Source: Thermoguttaceae bacterium
GTDB lineage: Bacteria > Planctomycetota > Planctomycetia > Pirellulales > Thermoguttaceae
Direction of reading: 5' to 3'
Length of the DNA: 64,000 nt
Assembly: GCA_031553595.1 (NCBI GenBank)
Contig: JAVBLI010000016.1
Coordinates: 61,773-125,772, forward strand
The translations under genes and the position numbers were made by a program. Positions 11,835-19,870 of this stretch are shown here, one piece after another (position 1 is the first letter of the stretch; each line of letters opens with the position of its first letter). Below the pieces are notes generated by a model. The model had not been told where the DNA came from. It saw only the letters and a program-made list of their open reading frames with translations, and searched no databases.

Positions 11835-12893
11835 ATGGCGCAAAACGATAAAAAAATGTGGGCCCTGGTAAAGGCGAGACCTGAAAAAGGCATCTGGCTG
11901 GAGAAAGTGCCGGTGCCGGAGGTGGGGCCGAATGATGTGCTGATTAAAATTCATAAAACGGCGATTTGCGGCACGGATATTCACATTTATAATTGGGACG
12001 CCTGGGCGCAGGCGACGATTCCCGTGCCCATGCATGTGGGGCATGAATTCGTGGGTGAAATCGTGTCCTGGGGCAGTAATGTGGACGGTTATTCCGTGGG
12101 GGAAATCGTTTCCGGAGAGGGGCACATCGTGTGTGGGAAGTGCCGGAACTGCCTGGCCGGGCGGCGTCACCTGTGCATGGACACGCGCGGTGTGGGCGTG
12201 AACCGTCCGGGCGCGTACGCCGAGTATCTGAGCATTCCGTCCGAAAATGTCTGGCCGTGCGCCCCCGGCATTTCCGAGGATATTATCGCGTGTTTCGATC
12301 CGCTGGGGAACGCCACGCACACGGCGCTGTCTTTCGATTTAATCGGGGAAGACGTGCTGATTACGGGGGCCGGGCCGATCGGGGTCATGGCCGCCGCCAT
12401 CAGCCGGCACGTCGGGGCGCGGCACGTGGTCGTCACGGACGTTAACGATTACCGCCTTGAGCTGGCCCAGAAGCTGGGCGCGACGCGCGTCGTGAACGTT
12501 ACCCGGGAAAACCTCCCGGAGGTGATGGACTCGCTGGGAATGAAAGAGGGTTTTGATGTCGGCCTGGAAATGTCCGGAAACGCCTCCGCCTTCAGTGCGA
12601 TGATTGATGTCATGCACCACGGCGGGAAAGTCGCCATGCTCGGGATTCCGTCGCAGGATGTGAAGATCGACTGGAATAAAGTCGTCTTTAACGGCCTGCA
12701 ACTGAAAGGGATTTATGGCCGGGAGATGTATGAGACGTGGTATAAAATGACGTCCATGATTCAGAGTGGCCTGGATATTTCCTCCGTCATCACCCACCGC
12801 TTCCCCATCCGCGACTACACCACCGCGTTTGAGGTCATGGCCTCCGGCAAATCCGGCAAAGTGGTGATGGACTGGAGTGAAATTGACAATTGA
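11835..12893 (+). CDS. tdh: L-threonine 3-dehydrogenase
   Basis: [59 protein letters not shown] is a near-canonical Tdh N-terminus. It is a zinc-ADH with a Cys cluster and a GAGPIG Rossmann motif. AAGGAG RBS lies upstream of ATG 11835. Confidence 0.9.
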   Translation: MAQNDKKMWALVKARPEKGIWLEKVPVPEVGPNDVLIKIHKTAICGTDIHIYNWDAWAQATIPVPMHVGHEFVGEIVSWGSNVDGYSVGEIVSGEGHIVCGKCRNCLAGRRHLCMDTRGVGVNRPGAYAEYLSIPSENVWPCAPGISEDIIACFDPLGNATHTALSFDLIGEDVLITGAGPIGVMAAAISRHVGARHVVVTDVNDYRLELAQKLGATRVVNVTRENLPEVMDSLGMKEGFDVGLEMSGNASAFSAMIDVMHHGGKVAMLGIPSQDVKIDWNKVVFNGLQLKGIYGREMYETWYKMTSMIQSGLDISSVITHRFPIRDYTTAFEVMASGKSGKVVMDWSEIDN

Positions 12894-12962
12894 TAATTAA
12901 CTGCGTAATGCAAGCATTCCGGTCGGTGGCTCGCTTGCGTCAATTATCAATTATCAATTATC
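12881..12962 (+). repeat. 'word-repeat' hairpin (element C) with GGCTCGCTTGCG loop core, at tdh 3' end
   Basis: aattgacaattgataattaa ... ttccggtcggtggctcgcttgcg ... tcaattatcaattatcaattatc. It is near-colinear with the reverse complement of 63741..63846. Confidence 0.7.
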
Positions 12963-13071
12963 CCTTCCATCTTCCCCCCCTTGCGGGAAAATAAAATGGG
13001 AATATAATGGCGACTTACTGGGGTAAATTTTATTTTCGCAAATTACCACCCATTTAGCAGGAGAAAATCAC

Positions 13072-13158
13072 GTGGGAACAAAGATTTCGGGAAAAGGGCG
13101 TCGGAAGATCGGTCGGAAAAAGCGTAAGATGCGTTCCAAGATTCGCCACCGTAAATAA
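13072..13158 (+). CDS. very small highly basic protein (28 aa), possible bS22-like ribosomal protein
   Basis: Not in the ORF track. GTG 13072 is preceded by AGGAGA. Translation is (M)GTKISGKGRRKIGRKKRKMRSKIRHRK*. The RKKRKM..K.RHRK pattern resembles actinobacterial bS22 (..KKRRKRMSKKKHRKLL..), judged from memory. Confidence 0.4.
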   Translation: MGTKISGKGRRKIGRKKRKMRSKIRHRK

Positions 13159-13728
13159 TGATGGTTGGTGGGGTGTCTTCTGTGGGGGATGCCATGGTGG
13201 AATTCATGAGGCCGGGGCGCTTTCTGTTTAAGGTTCCCGTAAAAATGATTTTTGCGCAAATTATAATAAAAGCTGGCATAAAATGTTATGTCGGCTTTTT
13301 TCTTTTCTTGGAGAGGAACCGGACTTCTCAAAAGTCACACAGAGAAGAATAGATAATATGTAAGTATTTCAAATTTACTTTTTTTTCGTCAAAATTCACC
13401 ACAGAGAGCACAGAGGACACAGAGAAAAAATTTTCTCATTCATTATTCTCTGCGGTGAAAAAAAGCAGGCGAAAGCAGATTGATTTCAGAAAATACAAAC
13501 AAAGCATGCATATTCTTGTACTGCAGTGCCCGGTAAATTCACCGTATTTTTTGTAATCGGAACAGGCCGTCGCATAAGCGGAGGCATTCTTCCCGAATCG
13601 TTAACGTGATTATGCCGAAAGCACCGAAAATTCCAGATGACGGAGCATGAACTTGGTGGATGTTTTCTGCGTAACTATACGTAATCTGCGCAGTGTGCAC
13701 GAAATATTACTTTATTTAGGGTTTTTTT

Positions 13729-16700
13729 ATGTTCTCCCCCAAAAAAAGTGAGGGTCGCGAATCCCTGAAAAAACGCAATTTGCGTCTGGAAATGTTGGAA
13801 AAAAGGGAGATGCTCAGTGTGACGCCGCTGGTTGAGGTGACCGGCGCGATGGTGAGCATTTACCGCAATAATGATAAAATCGTCGTCGTTGGGGAGGATT
13901 CCCAGCAATTTTACACCGGGGACATCGCGGAAATCGAAAAGCTGACTATCAAGAGTAATGATGGCCTGGCGAAGGTGATTTCGGTGGACATGGATCGTGG
14001 CGGGGTGTTCAATTTCGCTGATGGGCTGCTCATTCAGTGCAGCACTGGTTCCAGCCTGACGAACATCGTGAAGCTCATCGGCTCGAATCAGGACAACACG
14101 TTTCTGGTGGAAAACACGCAGGTGACGCTCAATTCGCTGGTCGTGACTGCCACGGATGTGTCTTCCATGGTCCTGCAGGGCGGCGAGGCGAACGACACCT
14201 ACTCGCTGGTCGGGCTGATGGTAAACACCACGATTTATGACGCCGAGGGAGTGAATCACTTGGATTTCTCGGGATACACCTCGGCCCAGACGCAGGGCGT
14301 GGAGGTCAATCTCGGCACCACCAGCGCGCAAAAGGTGTTCGCCGACAACGTCAATAGATTAACGCTGGCCACGCAGTTACAGAATCTCACAGGCAGCCAG
14401 TACGCCGACATTCTGCGGGGGAACAGCCTCGCGAACGTGATTATCGGCGGTGCCGGGAACGACGAAATTCATGGCGGTGCCGGGGCCGATACGATTTACG
14501 GTGGCGCGGGCGACGACACGATTTACGCCGATTCCGGAAACAATCGTGTTTACGCGGGCACCGGCGATATCAACCGCATTTACGGCGGCACGGGCAACGA
14601 CCGCATTTTCGGCAGTGCCGGCAACGACCGGATCGAAGCCGGGGGGGGGAATAACCTCATCGTCGGTGGCGGAGGAAACGACATCCTCACGGCGTCCAAC
14701 GGCCGAAACGTTATCATTGGCGGCGAAGGCGAAGACATCATCACCACCGGCGAAGACGAATCGATCGTCATTACCGGCCAAACGATCTACGACGATTACA
14801 CCCAGGCCGAATCGCTGGCCGCACTGGAAGCGATTTACGCCACGTGGATTTCCAGCGACAGCCGCTCGGCCCGTATCACCGCCCTGCGCGACGGCGTGGG
14901 AACCGGCGCCAGTGTGAAGCTCGACGCCACCACCGTGCTCAACGACGGTGAGGCGAATACCGTTAACGGCACGGCGGGCAAAAACTGGATTTTCGCCAGT
15001 GAGCTGCATGATACCCTCAACGGCGTGAGCGCAACGGACGGGAAAGACGTCATCAACGAAGGCGGCATTCCGGTCGATCCAGACCCGGATCCGGACCCGG
15101 ATGATTATCAAACGCTGGAAGCATTCAAAAACGAGCTGGCTGAACTGCTGGCAACCGGCGATGCAACTGCGCTGATGTTCACGGTTTCCGAAAACGGAAC
15201 GCTCCTGGTGTCTGTGCGCGAGGGTGTGGTGGACAAGGCGAGTAATGCCGCGCTGACGGCCGGCACGCTTTACCCGGTGGGTTCCGTGTATCAATTAATC
15301 GTCACCGCGGGCGTGATGAAGCTGGTGGAAGCCGGCAAGGTTTCGCTCGACGATTCCGTGATGGAACTGTTGCCCGACGTGTTTACCGAGGCCGCGGCCG
15401 GCTCGAATTTGGAGGCCCTGACGGTGCGGATGCTGCTGAATGGTTCCAGCGGGCTGACGGATAGTATTTTTGCGGCGGAAACGGCCGTCCCTTCGCGCGA
15501 CGAATACATTTCGGCGTTCCTGGCTTACCTCGGCACGCTGAAAGAAGCCGCCACCACGCCGGGCACGCGGACGCAGGACGGCGAGGCGGGATTCCTACTG
15601 GCCGAGCTGCTGATTCAGACGATTACGGAAAAGTCGCTGAAAGAATATATCACGGAGAAATTCCTTGACCCGGCCGGGATTACGGGGTTCGTGTGGGATG
15701 CGGCGGATGTACTGGCCGCGAAAAATAACGTGGCGAAAACAGACGCGTCTCTGGCGTGGGCCAACCGTCCTTCCGCCGGCGGCGGCGTGATGGCAACTCC
15801 GGAAGCGGTGGCGAAATTCCTCGGCATTTTCACCGGCGCCACCACCGCCACTTCAGACGGCACGGCTCTGCTCAGCCAGGCTTCCCTGACCGCCATGGCC
15901 CAGAATCAACTCGCCAACTACTGGAAATCCAGCGCCGACGAAACCTGGAATAACGCCATCGCGCCGGGGCTCGGGTGGAACAGCGTGGCCGACCCCGTAT
16001 TCAGCGCCCTGGGCGTCAGCGCGTGGATGCAAACCAGTCGGGCCGGCGATTACCTCACCGTGAATCTCGTGATTCCGGAGTATAAACTTGTGCTGACTGC
16101 CTGTGCCGTCCTGAACCCGGAAGCGGACTCGGACGTCGCGCTGACCGATACCGTGCAGAGTCTGCTGACGCGGACCGTCATCGGCATGCTCGCGGAAAAA
16201 GGCGTGACCATCGACTTCCCGGACACGATCACATACGCCGGTGACGCGGCCGTGCTGCCGGAAAATTTCGCGACGACGTACGCCGGGGTGTACGCCACGT
16301 ACGGCGACATTCTCAGCGTGGACTTTTCCGGAAATAACCTGCTCGTGCGGGTGTACTCGGCCAGCGGCTGGACGGATGAAATTGTATGCCAGTACCGTGA
16401 AGACGCGGACGGAAACGGTTATTTCGTGCCTGCGGATCAAGTCGAGGGCGATCAGGAAACGCGTCTGGTTTTCGCCGAGACGGATGGGAAAATTTATATC
16501 GTAACCACCGTCATCGACACGATTTACGGAATCGCCGAAATGTCGTGCGTCAGCCATCAGAAACTGAACGCCATGGCGTGGGACGCGATCTGGGATAACG
16601 CGGGAGTCGAGGAAGGTGACCGCGAGGCGGCGAAAGACACGTGGCTGGACGATCGCGTGGAGAAAGTGTATGCGCTGTCCGGGGATTATTATTCTTCGGA

Positions 16701-17247
16701 CGCCCAGGCGCAGCCGCGGGTGAAGCTCAATTATTCCGGGTCTGACATGAGCAGCATCATTTTCGTGGAACATGAGGGTGGCTATTACGCGTTTCAGATC
16801 GTGGACGAAAACACCGCGGTGCCGGTGCTCGACCTGCCGGGCGAATTCGGGAAGCAGCTGCCCACGCTGGTGTTTACGGCGGACACGGAATTTAAGCTGG
16901 GGAACATGGCGTACCAGTCGGTCAGCGATTTTCAGTCGCTTACGGTGGGCAGTACCATGGAGCCGAGTCTGACTGCCGACGCTCCCGGTTACTGGCTTCA
17001 CGCGCCGGCCACCTCCACCCCGGACGTTCAACTCGCGGTGGACGTACCGGCGAACGGCCGGGTGATGATTTTTAACGCCAGCTTCAAGCTGCTGTACGAC
17101 AGTTTTGAGGATGACGGCCGGCTGCCGAGCACGGCCAGCGGAACGATTTCCGCGTACCAGGTTACGTATGACGCCCAGCAGGAGTTATACATTTACGTTA
17201 CCTCGAAAACCGGCGGAGAGTGGAGTATCAGCCGGACGGCGGAGTGA
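13729..17247 (+). CDS. giant secreted protein: planctomycete-type leader, RTX (GGxGxD) calcium-binding repeats, beta-lactamase-fold domain, C-terminal beta-rich region
   Basis: N-terminus KKRNLRLEMLEKREMLSV. A run of nonapeptide repeats follows (GGAGNDEIHGGAGADTIYGGAGDDTIYADSGNNRVYAGTGDINRIYGGTGNDRIFGSAGNDRIEAGGGNNLIVGGGGNDIL). Then a PDPDPDPDD linker. YPVGSVYQLIVTAGVMKLVEAGKVSLDDSVMELLP resembles the SxxK region of PF00144-type serine hydrolases. Confidence 0.8.
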   Translation: MFSPKKSEGRESLKKRNLRLEMLEKREMLSVTPLVEVTGAMVSIYRNNDKIVVVGEDSQQFYTGDIAEIEKLTIKSNDGLAKVISVDMDRGGVFNFADGLLIQCSTGSSLTNIVKLIGSNQDNTFLVENTQVTLNSLVVTATDVSSMVLQGGEANDTYSLVGLMVNTTIYDAEGVNHLDFSGYTSAQTQGVEVNLGTTSAQKVFADNVNRLTLATQLQNLTGSQYADILRGNSLANVIIGGAGNDEIHGGAGADTIYGGAGDDTIYADSGNNRVYAGTGDINRIYGGTGNDRIFGSAGNDRIEAGGGNNLIVGGGGNDILTASNGRNVIIGGEGEDIITTGEDESIVITGQTIYDDYTQAESLAALEAIYATWISSDSRSARITALRDGVGTGASVKLDATTVLNDGEANTVNGTAGKNWIFASELHDTLNGVSATDGKDVINEGGIPVDPDPDPDPDDYQTLEAFKNELAELLATGDATALMFTVSENGTLLVSVREGVVDKASNAALTAGTLYPVGSVYQLIVTAGVMKLVEAGKVSLDDSVMELLPDVFTEAAAGSNLEALTVRMLLNGSSGLTDSIFAAETAVPSRDEYISAFLAYLGTLKEAATTPGTRTQDGEAGFLLAELLIQTITEKSLKEYITEKFLDPAGITGFVWDAADVLAAKNNVAKTDASLAWANRPSAGGGVMATPEAVAKFLGIFTGATTATSDGTALLSQASLTAMAQNQLANYWKSSADETWNNAIAPGLGWNSVADPVFSALGVSAWMQTSRAGDYLTVNLVIPEYKLVLTACAVLNPEADSDVALTDTVQSLLTRTVIGMLAEKGVTIDFPDTITYAGDAAVLPENFATTYAGVYATYGDILSVDFSGNNLLVRVYSASGWTDEIVCQYREDADGNGYFVPADQVEGDQETRLVFAETDGKIYIVTTVIDTIYGIAEMSCVSHQKLNAMAWDAIWDNAGVEEGDREAAKDTWLDDRVEKVYALSGDYYSSDAQAQPRVKLNYSGSDMSSIIFVEHEGGYYAFQIVDENTAVPVLDLPGEFGKQLPTLVFTADTEFKLGNMAYQSVSDFQSLTVGSTMEPSLTADAPGYWLHAPATSTPDVQLAVDVPANGRVMIFNASFKLLYDSFEDDGRLPSTASGTISAYQVTYDAQQELYIYVTSKTGGEWSISRTAE

Positions 17248-17270
17248 TGCGTCTACAGAGCCGTCACAAG

Positions 17271-17392
17271 AAACAGCAGCCGGGAGCGGAACGTTAGCGC
17301 AGAGACCGGATTAGAATTGGGAAATTGGTTACCGATTCTTATCCGGTCTCTGCGCGTCACGGTGTTCCGCTGCGCTCCCGGCTGCTGTTTTT
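17271..17392. repeat. long palindromic intergenic repeat, family E, copy 2
   Basis: aaacagcagccgggagcggaacgttagcgcagagaccggat ... atccggtctctgcgcgtcacggtgttccgctgcgctcccggctgctgttt. The arm variants are swapped relative to copy 1, so this copy is in the opposite orientation. Confidence 0.8.
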
Positions 17393-17419
17393 TGTGAGAT
17401 AATTAATTAAAAAGACGCG

Positions 17420-18073
17420 TCACCGGTTTTCTAAAAGCTGCCGCAACTTGCGATGCGAGGTTTTCAGGCCGGGATGAATGAGGCGTCCGCGCCGGAACGC
17501 GCGGCGGGCGAGTGATTTTTTGCCCTGAAGCAGAAACGCGTGGCCGAGCATGGCGGCGGCCGTGAAATGATGCGGATTCCGTTTCAGCGTCTGCCGGAAA
17601 TCGTCCGCGGCCCGATCATATTCTCCCAGCGCAAACCACGCGCAGCCGCGCTGATGCCACACTTCCGCGAAATCCGGCGTGCGCGCAAGCTGGGCGGAGG
17701 CGAGAATCATGGCCGGGCCGAAATTCCCGGCGTTTATCTGGGCGATGATTTCTTCCAGCGCCTGCCGATCTTCCGGAGAACCGTCCCGCCGCCAGAGCAT
17801 TTTCATGCCGGTCTCGGCGAGCATGGCGGTGATGGAATCCGGATCATGCAGCGCGCGGGCCAGCGCCCGACTCGCGCGAAAATCTCCCTGGGCGGTTAAA
17901 GCCAGAACGGCCGCCTGACGGACGGTGGTTTCATGGTGCGCGACCAGACGCTCCAGGGTTCCGGGTGTATAAGTACTGGCTGCACGTTTCTGAAAACCGG
18001 AAAGATCCCGGTCTTCCAGATACACATGATAAAATGCGGATATTTGCGGCAAATGCGGATTCCTAGATTTCAC
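17420..18073 (-). CDS. tetratricopeptide-repeat protein
   Basis: TPR-like helical repeats (AEVWHQRGCAWFALGEYDRAADDFRQTLKRNPHHFTAAAMLGHAFLLQGK). 217 aa. Confidence 0.6.
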   Translation of the reverse strand: MKSRNPHLPQISAFYHVYLEDRDLSGFQKRAASTYTPGTLERLVAHHETTVRQAAVLALTAQGDFRASRALARALHDPDSITAMLAETGMKMLWRRDGSPEDRQALEEIIAQINAGNFGPAMILASAQLARTPDFAEVWHQRGCAWFALGEYDRAADDFRQTLKRNPHHFTAAAMLGHAFLLQGKKSLARRAFRRGRLIHPGLKTSHRKLRQLLENR

Positions 18074-18326
18074 AGGAGCACTCCCTTACGACGCTGTCTG
18101 AAGTATAAAATGATAACCGACTAATATTAGTTTACACGCATTTCTTGTATCAGTAAAGAGAAATTTTCATATAATTTCATTATCGCACGGTTTGCTCAGC
18201 GGGTTATAACGGCTGGTGAGCCTGTGACACGTCCCCGTAACTTGCATTCCGGCGGGGGATCTGATAAAATAAATGAACTGGGAGTTTCCCGGGTACATTT
18301 TTTAGCGTTTTACTGGAGAAAATGAG

Positions 18327-19238
18327 ATGAAAAGATATTTTACCCCCATGGCGGCCGTGATGATCGCGGCGGCATTTACGTTTATGTCCACGTTTTCGTG
18401 TGTGGGACAGGAAGTGACGTCCGGTAAGCCGGACGGGTCGGCGATCGAGGTGATGATCGTGGACGGCAATAATAATCATAATTGGCGGGAGTCTACGCCG
18501 ATTCTGAAGCAGGATCTGGAGGAGACGGGGCTTTTTGAGGTCACGGTGGCCACGGCGGACCCGGATAATATGGCCGATTTTAACCCGAAATTTTCGGATT
18601 ATGACGTGATCGTGCTGAATTATAATGGCCCAGACTGGAACGAAAACACGCAGAAGGCGTTTCTGGAGTACGTGAAAAACGGCGGCGGCGTGGTGGTTTA
18701 TCACGCGGCGAATAACGCGTTCACGGGCTGGGAAGAATTTAATAAAATCATCGCCGTCGGCGGCTGGGGCGGACGGAATAAAGAAACCGGCCCTTACTTT
18801 TACCTGAAAGACGGAAAACCCTTCCGCGATTATGAATCGGACGGCCCCGGCGGCAGCCACGGTCCACAGCATGAGTTTCAGGTGGTGCTGTATGAAGAGC
18901 ACCCGATAACGAAAGGCCTGCCGGAAAAATTCATGCACGTTTCGGACGAGCTTTACTGTTATCTTCGCGGCCCGGCAGAGAACGTGAAGATTCTGGCGTA
19001 CGCCCACTCGCCGGCGGATAACGGCGGTTCGGGGCGGGATGAGCCGCAACTGATGGTGATCGAGTATGGGAAAGGCCGGATTTTCCATCTGGCGTACGGG
19101 CATGCGGGCAGCCACCTGCGTGCGGTTTCGTTCATCGTGCCGTTTATTCGCGGGACGCAGTGGGCTGCCACGGGAACGGTTACCATTCCGGTGCCGCCGG
19201 ATATGCCCACGGCGGAAAAAACCATGAAGCGGGATTAA
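18327..19238 (+). CDS. ThuA-domain protein (trehalose-utilisation-like), secreted
   Basis: Signal-like N-terminus. The blocks YDVIVLNYNGPDWNENTQKAFLEYVKNGGGVVVYHAANNAF and HPITKGLP...DELY are typical of ThuA-like class-I glutamine-amidotransferase-fold proteins. Confidence 0.75.
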   Translation: MKRYFTPMAAVMIAAAFTFMSTFSCVGQEVTSGKPDGSAIEVMIVDGNNNHNWRESTPILKQDLEETGLFEVTVATADPDNMADFNPKFSDYDVIVLNYNGPDWNENTQKAFLEYVKNGGGVVVYHAANNAFTGWEEFNKIIAVGGWGGRNKETGPYFYLKDGKPFRDYESDGPGGSHGPQHEFQVVLYEEHPITKGLPEKFMHVSDELYCYLRGPAENVKILAYAHSPADNGGSGRDEPQLMVIEYGKGRIFHLAYGHAGSHLRAVSFIVPFIRGTQWAATGTVTIPVPPDMPTAEKTMKRD

Positions 19239-19248
19239 GGGAATGATG

Positions 19249-19390
19249 AATGAGCCGCAAGTGGAGTGCATCGCAACTTGCGGATGGTGTGCCGGCGCGT
19301 AAAAATGCGGATTCAGACGTATGAAGCAGTGAGGTTCTCCGTTTCTGCGTTATCCGCAAGTTACACCCCGCTTCACATGCGGCTCATTTA
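19249..19390. repeat. composite hairpin repeat (family G, GAGCCGCAAGT type)
   Basis: aatgagccgcaagtggagtgcatcgcaacttgcggat (19249-19285) and atccgcaagttacaccccgcttcacatgcggctcatt (19351-19388) can pair with each other. The left unit resembles the glgA terminator at 6038. Confidence 0.6.
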
Positions 19391-19448
19391 TTTTTCGCAG
19401 AAAAAAGTGAATTTTTTATGAAATTTGGCGAAACCCCTTTATCTGTGG

Positions 19449-19476
19449 TTGACATTTTGGCGATTTCTGATAATAA
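19449..19476 (+). promoter_or_regulatory. candidate sigma70-type promoter, about 400 nt upstream of rho
   Basis: Consensus TTGACA (19449-19454), 16-nt spacer ending in TGA, then TAATAA (19471-19476). Confidence 0.3.
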
Positions 19477-19870
19477 TAATAGAGAATTAAGTGATTCGTC
19501 CTTAATATAATAAAAGTTATTGGATGATGTTCCTGTCAGGGAAGTCTTTTTCTGCCCGGCAGCGTGTAATTGTTCAGTGTCCGTATTTTATGCGTCCGCA
19601 TAAGTCTTTTTGCGGCGTGCTTTCCAGAGTGTAACCCTCTTTGAACGCAGTGCATTTTTTGTTGCGGAGTGGAAGCGGGGAACGTGTTTTTTCATGGAAT
19701 GATGGGAATTCTGGTATGCCTGGCCGGCCGGTGACGGCGGCTGCGTTTATCGTTTTGCCATGAAGTAACATGAAATGCAGCGGTAAAATTTAAAAATGAT
19801 CGTGTCGCCCCGTTTCTTTATGGCGGGGATCGAAATAATTTATGAAAGTGTTCTTTCAGGTGATTTAAAC

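Noticed and set aside
13043-13352. Three small ORFs: 13043..13279 (-), 13068..13331 (-) and 13158..13352 (+).
   Set aside because: They are mutually overlapping, low-complexity ORFs with no RBS. The only convincing signal in the region is the 28-codon basic ORF on the + strand.
18204-19271. 355-aa minus-strand ORF antisense to the ThuA gene. Similar long antisense or off-frame ORFs occur at 19865..21220, 49668..50933, 60911..62272, 62673..63734, 47922..49418, 54345..55472, 56170..57123, 14377..15294, 15853..17031, 25716..26837, 29060..30028 and 13675..14331.
   Set aside because: All lie opposite or overlapping genes with clear family signatures or strong coding features. They translate to Arg/His/Pro/Gly-rich low-complexity sequence typical of shadow ORFs in GC-rich DNA.
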